A stretch of DNA of 61,796 nt from Gammaproteobacteria bacterium (GCA_041589175.1 JBFHWF010000006.1:1-61796); one strand, 5' to 3'; positions 19,066 through 29,153 are shown, counted from the first letter of the stretch. The notes: generated by a model from the letters alone, not told the origin. Numbers and translations are program-made.

Positions 19066-20532
19066 ATGAGTTTGCTCCTCGATGCACTAAAAAAAGCGGC
19101 CGATAAAAAAAATCGCAATGATCAGTCCGATACAGACTCGGAGACTCCTGATGTTGAGCTTGATCTCGACCTTGATCTTGGTCCGGAATCATCTGCTGAA
19201 ACAATAGCAGAATCATCCACCGCCGACTCAGTCATTAATGACGCAGGCGAACATGATAGTCATCCGACTATCGACGACACATTTCCTGAAGTTGATGAAT
19301 CAGCACTTAACACAGCCAGGCCAGAACCAACTGATACAGATCAGGCTAGTACAACTGATAACATTGAAGCCGATACAACTGAACAATCCACGACTGGGGA
19401 AGCAGACGAACTTCGGCAAGATACAGACCATATCATCAAAGACACAACACCTGAAACAGTACATCAGCCAGAGGATAAGACACAGCCTGAACCCGTCTCT
19501 ACAGTGGTGCAGGACGAGGCAATAAAGGCTCAACAGGCGCTGGAAAAAGAGCAGGCGCTTAGCGCACTTATCGATAGTAGTAACAGACAGATTCGCAAGG
19601 AAAAACGTAAGCGCCTGATACTGATTGTACTACTCGTTGCCGTTATTGTATTCGTCGCTGGTCTATATTTTTATCTGCAAATGGCAACGACAACTCAGGA
19701 TCTGTATATTGCAAATAACAATACAGCAAATGTTAATCGCACATTATCTGACATTGCACCTGATCATCTAACAAATGAGCAGGCTGTCACAACGCCTGAA
19801 AATACTTCAGCAAAAGCGGCTGCCAGCACTGGCAAGCCCGAGACATCTGCCACCATAAACAAACCTTCACCTAAGAAACAGAGCACTAGCCGACCGCCAA
19901 ATAGCATCACCAGCAAACCGGAAATTTTCACCATTGAACACAGTCAGAAACTGGACCCGATAGACAGTTTATTACGTGATGCCTATAGCGCATTCCATCG
20001 CGCAGACCTGAATCAGGCCACCAGCCTCTATCATCAGGTACTCACACAGGAGCCTCGCAACCGTGATGCGCTTCTTGGTCAGGCAGCCATAGCCGTAAAG
20101 CAACAACGTAACGATACCGCACGCGACTACTATCAAAAACTGTTACGCCTTAATCCTCGCGACAGTCATGCCATTGCAGGGCTTACCAACCTTGATATTA
20201 AACAGGATGCCAGCCTTTCCGAGAGCCAGCTAAAATTATTACTTCGCCAGCAGCCAGAGCAGGCTCATCTGAACTTTGCACTTGGAAATATTTATGCAAA
20301 ACAGCAGCGCTGGCCTGAAGCACAATCGTCTTACTTTAACGCATGGGCTACTGATAATTCGAATGCTGATTATGCCTATAACCTTGCAATTAGCCTTGAT
20401 CAGATGGACAAGCATTCGCAGGCTACGGAATATTATAAACTGAGCCTGCAGCTCCACCAGTTGAAGCCAGGAAATTTTTCTGTTGAAGACGCACAGAAAC
20501 GTATTCGCCTGTTACAGGGGCATAAGCCATGA
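19066..20532 (+). CDS. TPR membrane protein (MshN-like) with an ExeB/GspB-like N-terminus
   Basis: MSLLLDALKKA start, acidic low-complexity linker, TM helix, S/T/P-rich linker, C-terminal TPR repeats (FALGNIYA, YAYNLAISLD). Confidence 0.72.
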   Translation: MSLLLDALKKAADKKNRNDQSDTDSETPDVELDLDLDLGPESSAETIAESSTADSVINDAGEHDSHPTIDDTFPEVDESALNTARPEPTDTDQASTTDNIEADTTEQSTTGEADELRQDTDHIIKDTTPETVHQPEDKTQPEPVSTVVQDEAIKAQQALEKEQALSALIDSSNRQIRKEKRKRLILIVLLVAVIVFVAGLYFYLQMATTTQDLYIANNNTANVNRTLSDIAPDHLTNEQAVTTPENTSAKAAASTGKPETSATINKPSPKKQSTSRPPNSITSKPEIFTIEHSQKLDPIDSLLRDAYSAFHRADLNQATSLYHQVLTQEPRNRDALLGQAAIAVKQQRNDTARDYYQKLLRLNPRDSHAIAGLTNLDIKQDASLSESQLKLLLRQQPEQAHLNFALGNIYAKQQRWPEAQSSYFNAWATDNSNADYAYNLAISLDQMDKHSQATEYYKLSLQLHQLKPGNFSVEDAQKRIRLLQGHKP

Positions 20533-22268
20533 GTCAGAATGCTAACGAAACCATTGCTGATATCGGTGCTGCTCTTCGTGCCCGAAAAAAACGTCTCGGT
20601 GAAGAGCTAATTGCTCGTGGTCTGATTACCGCTGACCAGGTTAATATCGCTCTCAAGGAACAGAAAAAAACAGGTAAGCCACTTGGCGAAGCGCTTGTTA
20701 ATCTTGGCTTTGTCACCGAAGCTATATTACGTGATGCATTAGGTGAAATGCTGGGTCGTGAAAGCATCGACCTCACCAATGTTGTTCCCGACACAGAAGC
20801 ACTGCAGTTAATACCCAAAGATATTTCTACCCGCTTCAATATTATCCCTGTCAGCTTCGATGAGACTGAAAGCACGCTATCCGTGGCCATGACCGACATC
20901 TATAACCTGATTGTGCTGGATCGTATTCGCGCAATCGTCGGTAACCGTATCGAAATTCAGCCCCTGCTTGCCAGTGAAAGCGAAATCTCTGATGCCATCG
21001 ATCAGTTTTACGGTTATGAATTATCTGTTGACGGCATACTTCATGAAATAGAAACCGGTGAAATTGATTACGACAGCCTTGACACTGAAGGTGCAGCTTA
21101 TAGCCAGCCACTGGTACGACTGGTTGATGCGATACTTGCCGATGCAGTAAAGCAGGGCGCATCAGATGTGCACTTTGAACCCGAAGGTGGATTTTTGCGC
21201 TTACGTTATCGCATCGACGGCGTACTTCGCCAGATACGAAGCCTGCACAAGGATTACTGGTCGGCCATTGTTGTACGTCTAAAAGTTATAGCTAATATGA
21301 ACATTGCAGAAACTCGTGCGCCTCAGGATGGCCGCATTAGTCTGAATATTCGTGGCCACCAGATCGACTTTCGTGTGTCGTCTCAACCTACAACCCATGG
21401 CGAAAACGTCGTGCTTCGTGTTCTCGACAGGGCCAAGGGGATTGTTAATATTGATGACCTTGGCCTGCAAGAAGATGCGCTTTCCATGCTAAAGATCATT
21501 ATGGCCAGACCCGAAGGCATCATTCTGGTCACTGGTCCAACCGGCAGCGGTAAAACCACAACGCTGTATTCCATGCTGGGCTATGTACGATCGGAACAGG
21601 TCAATATCATGACGCTAGAGGATCCGGTGGAATATCCCATGGATATGATTCGTCAGACATCTATCAACGAAGTACTACGTATGGACTTTGCCAATGGCAT
21701 TCGTTCACTCATGCGTCAGGACCCTGATATCATTCTGGTCGGTGAAATACGCGACCCGGATACCGCTGAAATGGCGTTCCGTGCTGCTATGACGGGCCAC
21801 CAGGTTTACTCTACGCTTCACACCAATTCTGCCATAGGCACGATCCCTCGATTACTGGATATTGGTGTAAAGCCAGACATTATGTCTGGAAATATTATCG
21901 GTATTATCGGCCAGCGACTGGTTCGCAAACTCTGTAAGCATTGCAAGACCTCACGCCCTGCTGCCGACATAGAAAAGCAACTGCTCGGACTTGAAGCCGA
22001 TGCTCAACTTGATGTTTATGATGCCAGCGGCTGTGATCATTGTGACGGTATCGGTTATAAGGGGCGTGTTGCCATACTTGAAGTCCTAAAAGTTGATAGC
22101 CAGCTTGACGAAATGATTGCAGAACAGGCCACCCTGGGACGCATCAAAAAGCATCTCAGGGAGTCGGGCTTTCAATCTCTTGCCGATGATGCCGCACGTC
22201 GTGTTATTGAAGGCACTACAACGCTCGATGAGGTTAGCCGCGTTATTGACCTCACAGACAGGCTATAG
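20529..22268 (+). CDS. mshE: GspE/PilB/MshE-family assembly ATPase with MshEN domain
   Basis: RLGEELIARGLI, GASDVHFEP, GPTGSGKTTTLY, LEDPVEY, MRQDPDIILVGEIRD, CKHC and CDHC. Confidence 0.88.
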   Translation: MSQNANETIADIGAALRARKKRLGEELIARGLITADQVNIALKEQKKTGKPLGEALVNLGFVTEAILRDALGEMLGRESIDLTNVVPDTEALQLIPKDISTRFNIIPVSFDETESTLSVAMTDIYNLIVLDRIRAIVGNRIEIQPLLASESEISDAIDQFYGYELSVDGILHEIETGEIDYDSLDTEGAAYSQPLVRLVDAILADAVKQGASDVHFEPEGGFLRLRYRIDGVLRQIRSLHKDYWSAIVVRLKVIANMNIAETRAPQDGRISLNIRGHQIDFRVSSQPTTHGENVVLRVLDRAKGIVNIDDLGLQEDALSMLKIIMARPEGIILVTGPTGSGKTTTLYSMLGYVRSEQVNIMTLEDPVEYPMDMIRQTSINEVLRMDFANGIRSLMRQDPDIILVGEIRDPDTAEMAFRAAMTGHQVYSTLHTNSAIGTIPRLLDIGVKPDIMSGNIIGIIGQRLVRKLCKHCKTSRPAADIEKQLLGLEADAQLDVYDASGCDHCDGIGYKGRVAILEVLKVDSQLDEMIAEQATLGRIKKHLRESGFQSLADDAARRVIEGTTTLDEVSRVIDLTDRL

Positions 22269-22277
22269 GGTTCGCTT

Positions 22278-23486
22278 ATGGCTGTTATGTATCGATATAA
22301 GGCGATAGATTCAAGCGGTAAAATCCGTAATGACAATATCGAAGCGGATAATTTACTCGACCTGGAACAGCGCCTCAGCGGTATGGGCATGGACCTCATC
22401 AATTACACTGAATACAAGCCCGGCCTTTTCACCTTCAAGGCAAAGGGTATCAGCCGTCTCGAACTGATCAATTTCACCTTTCAGATGGAACAGCTCACCA
22501 GGGCAGGGGTCAGCATACTCGATGGCCTTGCCGATCTACGCGATTCAGTAGGCGAGGGACGACTTAAAGAAGTTCTTTCGGGTCTTATCGATGAGATTCA
22601 GGGCGGTAAAACCTTTTCTGGTGCATTACAGGAATTCCCTGAGATATTTGATACTGTGTACATCACACTGATACGCGTGGGAGAAGAAAGTGGCCGTATG
22701 TCAGAAGTGTTACACGATATGGCTGAAACCCTGAAATGGCACGACGAACTCATTTCACATACCAAGAAAATCATGATTTATCCAACTATTGTTACTGTTG
22801 TGATAATAGGCGTCGTTTCTTTTCTGATGATAGTACTGGTACCGGAGCTTATTCCATTTATTGAAGATATTGGCGGTGAGATCCCTATACATACCCGCGC
22901 ACTGATTGCGACTTCAAACTTTCTGGGTAATTACTGGTATCTGGTTTTTGGTATTCCTATCGCGACATTTTTTATATTACGCGAAATGGCCAGACGAAAG
23001 CCCGAAGTTCGTATGATCATTGATCGTCTAAAGCTCCGCTTATACATATTTGGACCTCTGCTGTTAAAAACAGACCTTGCACGTTTTTCTAATTACCTGG
23101 CTATGATGTATGCATCAGGACTCACGGTTCTTGAAAGCCTTAAAATTTCTGAGCTGCTGGTAAAGAACGCCGTCATTTCAAAATCTATCACCGATATAAG
23201 AGAACAGATTGCCGATGGTCGACAGATATCCGAAAGCTTTGCTTCTGTCGACATTTATCCAGCTCTCGTAATACGCATGTTAAAAGTCGGCGAGAATACT
23301 GGGGCTCTCGATGAGTCTTTACTAAACATAAGCTATTTCTATAATCGAGAAGTTAAAGAAAGTATCGACAAGATGGAGGCAGCGATCACACCTGTACTCA
23401 CAGTTATACTCGGTGGCATTATGCTATGGATAATGTCTGCTGTACTCGGCCCGATATATGACACTCTCTCGACCATTCAATTATAA
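22278..23486 (+). CDS. GspF/PilC/MshG-family inner-membrane platform protein
   Basis: YRYKAIDSSG, RVGEESG, MIYP, KVGENTGALD, terminal TM helix. Confidence 0.9.
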   Translation: MAVMYRYKAIDSSGKIRNDNIEADNLLDLEQRLSGMGMDLINYTEYKPGLFTFKAKGISRLELINFTFQMEQLTRAGVSILDGLADLRDSVGEGRLKEVLSGLIDEIQGGKTFSGALQEFPEIFDTVYITLIRVGEESGRMSEVLHDMAETLKWHDELISHTKKIMIYPTIVTVVIIGVVSFLMIVLVPELIPFIEDIGGEIPIHTRALIATSNFLGNYWYLVFGIPIATFFILREMARRKPEVRMIIDRLKLRLYIFGPLLLKTDLARFSNYLAMMYASGLTVLESLKISELLVKNAVISKSITDIREQIADGRQISESFASVDIYPALVIRMLKVGENTGALDESLLNISYFYNREVKESIDKMEAAITPVLTVILGGIMLWIMSAVLGPIYDTLSTIQL

Positions 23487-23498
23487 GATGAGAAAACC

Positions 23499-25082
23499 GT
23501 GAATCGCGTATTTTACTATTCAGGCTATCGGATGACTGTATTTCACTGGGATAATCACCGGTGCATTGCAAGTTTTGCCTTTAATCCTGGTGAAGCGGGT
23601 CTTGATAAATTCAGTACTTATTTACGTGCAACAGAAAACACACCCGTACGCCTGCTGGTTGATCTGATAGAAGAAGACTTTAACAAGGAAACTATTCCTC
23701 ACGTTGGCGCGAAAGATCGTAAAGCAATTATCAATCGTCTGGTAGATCGTCATTACAGAAAAAGTCGGGATTTCGTCAATTATCGAGTGATCGGCCGTGA
23801 AGATACTGGTCGAAAAGACGATATTATTCTCTATAGCGTGCTCAGCAATCCTTCTATTCTTGATCCCTGGCTTAGAGTCATGGAAGAACAGGGCACCTCA
23901 TTGTGTGGCATATGGTCACTACCTTTACTGACGCATCGTTTATATCGTCACCTTGATATCTACACACCAAATGCCATCGTTGTATCACAGCAGGTACCCA
24001 GTAATCTGCGCCAGACATTCCTAAAGAATGGTCGCTTTGAAAGTAGTCGTTCTGCGGTGGTCAATCTGGAGGAGGCTACGATAGGTGAATACATCGCGAC
24101 AGAAGTCGAACAGACCATACGCTTTCTATCAAATCAACGAAATATTGGCTTCGATGAAAAAATAGAAATTCATATTATCTGTCGTCAACAGGACATTGCT
24201 CAAATACAGAATCACTGCCATGATGGCACACTCCGCACTTTCAAGTACCATAACATTGAAGAGATACATGTAAAACTCGGTTCCAACCATGATAATGCCG
24301 AATACTGCAACAGCCTATATTCCTATCTCTGCTCCAGATATAAATTACCCGTAGGACACTACGGCAACAGGAAGCTGTTCGAAAACTATTATTCACAGCT
24401 ATCTTCGATAGCACTCTATGTTTCCAGTATTGTATTGCTACTGACCTCTATCATCTTTTCTTTTTATTATTATTCAAATTCACTCACACTTGACGAAGAA
24501 ACCATTACACTTAATGCACAAACTTCTGGCATCAACCGTGATTATGAGAAACAGCTAGCCGGCATAGAATCAAAACTCAGCCAGGCCCAGATAATGTCCT
24601 CAAGTGTCGATTTTTATGAAAAAGTTCAGTCGACACGTTCAATTGCTCCTCAAAACCTGATGACTGATGTTAGCCGAACCCTGTCTCCAGTAAACCTGCA
24701 GTCTACACAGATCACCGGCTTTTCGTGGAAGCCAGGCCAGGCTTTGTCAGTAAACCCTCTACCTGGCCGTATTGCAGTTAAAAAACCCCGGGGTATAGAC
24801 TACTCCTCAGACAAACCAGTTCATCATGTAGTTTCTTTATCAGGCAATCTCGATCAGAATGATGCTAGCGCACTACAGCTGCATTCTCAGCTCAATCTTC
24901 TCGTTAAGCAGCTGAATAAAAATGAGCACCTCAGTGAGCTCAGGATTACCCGACAACCTGTGGATCCCCGCTCAGACTCGCAGATACAGAATGAACATGG
25001 ATTCGAAAACAACATCTCAGTAAAGCCGAGCGATGCTTCAGGCTTCGAACTTGAGTTCATCATGCAAGGGAGAAGCATATGA
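23499..25082 (+). CDS. Putative PilM/PilN (GspL)-like alignment protein
   Basis: Large cytoplasmic domain, single TM helix, coiled coil and periplasmic domain; position after the platform gene (inference). Confidence 0.5.
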   Translation: MNRVFYYSGYRMTVFHWDNHRCIASFAFNPGEAGLDKFSTYLRATENTPVRLLVDLIEEDFNKETIPHVGAKDRKAIINRLVDRHYRKSRDFVNYRVIGREDTGRKDDIILYSVLSNPSILDPWLRVMEEQGTSLCGIWSLPLLTHRLYRHLDIYTPNAIVVSQQVPSNLRQTFLKNGRFESSRSAVVNLEEATIGEYIATEVEQTIRFLSNQRNIGFDEKIEIHIICRQQDIAQIQNHCHDGTLRTFKYHNIEEIHVKLGSNHDNAEYCNSLYSYLCSRYKLPVGHYGNRKLFENYYSQLSSIALYVSSIVLLLTSIIFSFYYYSNSLTLDEETITLNAQTSGINRDYEKQLAGIESKLSQAQIMSSSVDFYEKVQSTRSIAPQNLMTDVSRTLSPVNLQSTQITGFSWKPGQALSVNPLPGRIAVKKPRGIDYSSDKPVHHVVSLSGNLDQNDASALQLHSQLNLLVKQLNKNEHLSELRITRQPVDPRSDSQIQNEHGFENNISVKPSDASGFELEFIMQGRSI

Positions 25083-25723
25083 ATATCTCGTTCCTGAAAA
25101 AACTTCAGACAGAAATCGTTGTTTTCCTGCTCAGCCTTTGTTTTGCAACTATTATTTTCATTGTCTTCTATTCCTTGCATGAGTCATCTGAGGAAGATCT
25201 ATTCAATGCACAACAAACACTACAAAGTGCGAAGCATCGCTATTTTGAAGCACTCAAAAAACAGACAACTTATGTTTCCTATGAGAAGCGCTTTGAAATG
25301 CTGAACAAACAGGGAATATTCGGTGATGAACAACGCCTCAGATGGATTGATGCCCTTGAGACCATTTCACTTAAATATCAGATTCCTTATCTAAAATATA
25401 AAATTGAGCCACAACAGGAAATCAATCAGGCCTCTCTTACACAGAGGTATCCTGGCATATCATTCCGTCGCTCCAGTATGGAACTGGATCTTCAATTGCT
25501 CCATGAAGGCGACCTGTACTCCATTCTAAAAGGGCTGGATAAACATGCAGGTGGGCTTTTTGATGTTGAAAGCTGTGCTATCACACGTAATTTACTGGTG
25601 GGCAAGACACTCATCGATAACCCTGATGGCAAGAACTTTTCTGCCCGTTGCACTCTTAACTGGTATACACTCACTAAAAAAGTCATTAACCCTGCAGACA
25701 TGTTAAGTGGAAGGCGTGGCTAA
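25079..25723 (+). CDS. Putative PilO/GspM-like alignment protein
   Basis: N-terminal TM helix, coiled coil, LLHEGDL; ATGA coupling to the upstream gene. Confidence 0.5.
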   Translation: MNISFLKKLQTEIVVFLLSLCFATIIFIVFYSLHESSEEDLFNAQQTLQSAKHRYFEALKKQTTYVSYEKRFEMLNKQGIFGDEQRLRWIDALETISLKYQIPYLKYKIEPQQEINQASLTQRYPGISFRRSSMELDLQLLHEGDLYSILKGLDKHAGGLFDVESCAITRNLLVGKTLIDNPDGKNFSARCTLNWYTLTKKVINPADMLSGRRG

Positions 25724-26223
25724 TGCTTAGAACTATACTTATAACTTTACTCTGCATTTTTTCAATCCCTGTTACTCTCGCTGCTGATCAACCGGTATTC
25801 GACTCTGCGGCACGACTCAAAACTTTTTTCACTACACCTTCTGAGCGCCACAAGCTGGATCAAAGACGTAACTCTGGTCAGTACAATAGCAACCTATCTA
25901 ACAATCTGTCTTTACGCGCCCCACTTAAAGTTGAGATGCAGGGCGTATTAATTCGTGGCCGTCGTTCTGCGGTTGCATTTGTTAACGATGGTAACACGCT
26001 CCAATCTCAAAAAATCAACGACGACATTTTTGCCAACCGTAAAAGTATTAACACATCTGACTTCAGTGTACGTTTATCTGCTCGCCACAAACACCTCAAG
26101 TTAAAACCTGGACAGGAGTGGAATGAACATTCTCGTAAAGTACAGGAGCGTTATCAGATCAAAGCGCCTGAACACAAGACAGAAGGGCTGCAAGCCCCAT
26201 CATTACGGTCCATACTAGAATGA
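25723..26223 (+). CDS. Exported hypothetical protein (possible PilP/MshK-like)
   Basis: Signal peptide, FFTTPSER..LD..R, GVLIRG..AFVNDG; coupled within the operon. Confidence 0.45.
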   Translation: MLRTILITLLCIFSIPVTLAADQPVFDSAARLKTFFTTPSERHKLDQRRNSGQYNSNLSNNLSLRAPLKVEMQGVLIRGRRSAVAFVNDGNTLQSQKINDDIFANRKSINTSDFSVRLSARHKHLKLKPGQEWNEHSRKVQERYQIKAPEHKTEGLQAPSLRSILE

Positions 26224-27938
26224 GTCAGGTTTTACAACATCAGACTATGATCAAACTACATACACAGACTGGTGCAGGGCTGATCGTATTCTTTATGGTC
26301 CTCATACTGGCTGGTACGGTTTACTTTCTTGTACAGCCGCGTGATGATGGTCGTGTTAGCGGTCAGATGAGCAATAAAAAGGCCCTAGCTACTGCTAAAG
26401 CCGCTCTGCTTTCCTATGCAAGTTCTTATTATTTACGTGAATCTCTAAGTGGAAATTCCCATGCAGGCCTTCATGGGCTGTTACCCTGTCCTGAACAATC
26501 AGGCTCTGCCGCAGAAGGCCGTGAATCTGGTGTCTGTGGAAATGAGCATACTAATGCTCTCGGTCGACTGCCATGGAAAAGCCTTGATATTGCCCCCATT
26601 AAAGATGCCTCAGGTGAATGTCTGTGGTATGCCGTGTCTGGCGGCTTCTTTCGTGATCCCAAATCACCAATGACGAATGAAGACACGCCGGGAATGTTTC
26701 AGATTTTCAACGCCGATGGCAATCTCATATATGGTTCACAACCTGAAAATCGTGTTGTTGCTGTCGTTATTGCACCAGGCTCAACACTGGCAGGACAATC
26801 TCGCATCAGGGCAAGTTCACAACTGCCTTGCCGCGTTGCACGCAATGCGGTTCAGGCCTCCGATTATCTCGATAATTTCATGGGCATTAATAATGCCTTT
26901 GTTGACATGGCAAATCCAGACCAGATCGATAGCTTTATCACAGCAACCGGGCTCACAGATACTCCTCAGCTAAATGATCACATCATTACGATTACCAGTG
27001 ACGAAATTTTTCGTACGATTAAAGCCAGCACAGATCTCTATGCCGATAAAGTGGAGCAGCATGCTATCGAGCTCGGTAGTTGTTTTTCACAAATTGCTCT
27101 TTCCGCATTTATTGCGAGTGGTGGTTCTGGAAATCCCACATGTAATACCTGCATTACTGACTGCATGAACACTTTCAATATATGTGATACCAGTGCTACC
27201 ACTGACAAGGAAAAAGACAAATGTCAGAAAGACCTTAAAAAATGTAACAAAGGCTGTACAAAGCCATGCTCAGAAAATGGTGGAGCTGACCCCAAGGGGA
27301 AAGGTAAGGGTGCAGACAAAGGAAAAGGCAAGGGCAAAGATAAACCTAAAGGCGGAGGTGGTGGTGGCGGCCAGTTTATGTTGCCCTGGCCCGCTGCTAT
27401 GAATCTGGCTGGACAGTATCGTCTGGATGATCGTTACGATGATATCGATGCTGCCGCTAATGGACATTTCGGTCGACTCCCTTTTATCATTGATGATTCT
27501 GCGGGAGCAATGGGTATTGCAGATAATGATATCTTTGATACCTGTGGAATTGATCTTTTATCAACACCTGAAGATGCACGTTTGTGGCGTGACCTTAAAG
27601 ACCACTGGTTTTATGTCGTCGGCAAGGACTATGCACCGGCTGGCACTAACACCAACCCATGTATTCAATGCCCCATCGTCAACGGAACAGCCTATGCCGC
27701 CGTATTAATTTATTCTGGTGAACGGCTCAATGGCCAGTTACGACGCAGTGCAGAAACTGAAACGCCAGCACCCGCTTTAGCCGTCAGCAAAGATAATCAT
27801 ACTAATTATCTTGAAGGCTTTAATGCCAGTAATTATCCTGACACTGATGGCAATAAAACATATGGTATCAATAATCAGAACGATAGACTGTTCTGTTTGC
27901 CAATTGATATGTCAGATACTTTTGAGTGTACACCATGA
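26220..27938 (+). CDS. Large minor pilin-like protein (PilX/GspK-type leader) with internal duplication and Cys-rich insert
   Basis: QTG|AGLIVFFMVLIL leader lacking Glu5; LLPCPE, GRLPWKSL; repeated motifs. Confidence 0.6.
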   Translation: MSQVLQHQTMIKLHTQTGAGLIVFFMVLILAGTVYFLVQPRDDGRVSGQMSNKKALATAKAALLSYASSYYLRESLSGNSHAGLHGLLPCPEQSGSAAEGRESGVCGNEHTNALGRLPWKSLDIAPIKDASGECLWYAVSGGFFRDPKSPMTNEDTPGMFQIFNADGNLIYGSQPENRVVAVVIAPGSTLAGQSRIRASSQLPCRVARNAVQASDYLDNFMGINNAFVDMANPDQIDSFITATGLTDTPQLNDHIITITSDEIFRTIKASTDLYADKVEQHAIELGSCFSQIALSAFIASGGSGNPTCNTCITDCMNTFNICDTSATTDKEKDKCQKDLKKCNKGCTKPCSENGGADPKGKGKGADKGKGKGKDKPKGGGGGGGQFMLPWPAAMNLAGQYRLDDRYDDIDAAANGHFGRLPFIIDDSAGAMGIADNDIFDTCGIDLLSTPEDARLWRDLKDHWFYVVGKDYAPAGTNTNPCIQCPIVNGTAYAAVLIYSGERLNGQLRRSAETETPAPALAVSKDNHTNYLEGFNASNYPDTDGNKTYGINNQNDRLFCLPIDMSDTFECTP

Positions 27939-28768
27939 GCAAATTCAAGCGCCAAAGCGGCTTCACTCTGATCGAGGTTGCTATTGTCTTCGTTATTATT
28001 GCTGCATTATTAAGTTATGTCTTTATGCCACTACGCGCACAGATGGAAACCGCTCACATAAAACAGGCTCGCGCCAAACTGGTTGAAATAGAAGAAGCCC
28101 TGTATGGATTTGCTATTGCCAATGGCAGGTTACCCTGTCCAACACAGCCAGGCCTTGGGGGTGTCTCTAACCCTGCCAGCCCTGCCGCACATTGCAATAA
28201 TAATGCGGCTATCACCGGTTATATTGGATTTGTACCATCCGCGACTCTCGGTATAAAAGGCAGTGTCAATTGTGATGGTCTGTTAACTGACCCATGGGGC
28301 AGACCCTATCGCTATAGTGTAACTAATTTTAATGATCCTGATCCTGCTATTGATCAGGGTGTGTTTGTTGTCAACGACGGCATACGTACGGCTGCTAATT
28401 TTGGTGTACCCCCTGCAACACCATCACTTGGCAATATCGTCCCGGATATTCAGATCTGTAATAATCTTGATAACGCCTGTAACGCTGGCTCACCTGCAGC
28501 TAATGTCTCTACCAACACCGCAATCGCAGTTGTATTCTCAATGGGTACACGACAGCGAGCCAATAGTCCTCGTGAAGATGAAAATGGGGGGGAAGCCGCC
28601 GTTGCCAGCACCTGTGGCCTAGGCAATTATGACCTGAGTAATGATCGATTTTATTATGCGTCTGAGCGCAGGGAAACTGCAGGACAGGAATTCGACGACA
28701 ACGTGATCTGGCTATCACCTAATATCCTTTATAATCGGCTTTTACAGGCTGGTCATACACTGCAATAA
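27935..28768 (+). CDS. Prepilin-type N-terminal cleavage/methylation protein (277 aa)
   Basis: RQSG|FTLIEVAIV type IV prepilin leader, GRLPCP, DPWGRPYRY; ATGA overlap supports start 27935. Confidence 0.88.
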   Translation: MSKFKRQSGFTLIEVAIVFVIIAALLSYVFMPLRAQMETAHIKQARAKLVEIEEALYGFAIANGRLPCPTQPGLGGVSNPASPAAHCNNNAAITGYIGFVPSATLGIKGSVNCDGLLTDPWGRPYRYSVTNFNDPDPAIDQGVFVVNDGIRTAANFGVPPATPSLGNIVPDIQICNNLDNACNAGSPAANVSTNTAIAVVFSMGTRQRANSPREDENGGEAAVASTCGLGNYDLSNDRFYYASERRETAGQEFDDNVIWLSPNILYNRLLQAGHTLQ

Positions 28769-28874
28769 GTCTGCCTCGTGCTTCTTCACCGTCTAAACTT
28801 AAAACTTTATCTGTGTTACTGATAGTACTAGAATAACGCCTCGGCTTATACCTACTGATATATTGAGAATCATC

Positions 28875-29153
28875 ATGGCGATTGAACAGCTGTTTGGATG
28901 GATCGCATCCTTTTTATGCACCCTTATTTTTCTACCCCAGTTGCATAAGGCTTTCCAGACTAAAATGACGAATGATATATCGATGCTTATGTTATGGATT
29001 GCTGTGCTTGGTAATCTTGCCTGGCTAATTCATGCCAGCATGACACTAAATTACCCGCTTATCGTATGTGCAATACTAATTATTGTCATGACGATGGTTC
29101 TGATCGTTTTCAAATATCTTAACGAGCGTAGTCAGATATTCGAAACAGAATGA
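28875..29153 (+). CDS. SemiSWEET/PQ-loop transporter
   Basis: About 92 aa, three TM helices, FLPQLHKAFQTK..NDIS motif. Confidence 0.8.
   Translation: MAIEQLFGWIASFLCTLIFLPQLHKAFQTKMTNDISMLMLWIAVLGNLAWLIHASMTLNYPLIVCAILIIVMTMVLIVFKYLNERSQIFETE

Noticed and set aside
27290-27371. AAAGG/GGT repeats as CRISPR or contingency repeat
   Set aside because: Imperfect in-frame Gly/Lys codons with synonymous variation; no repeat-spacer structure
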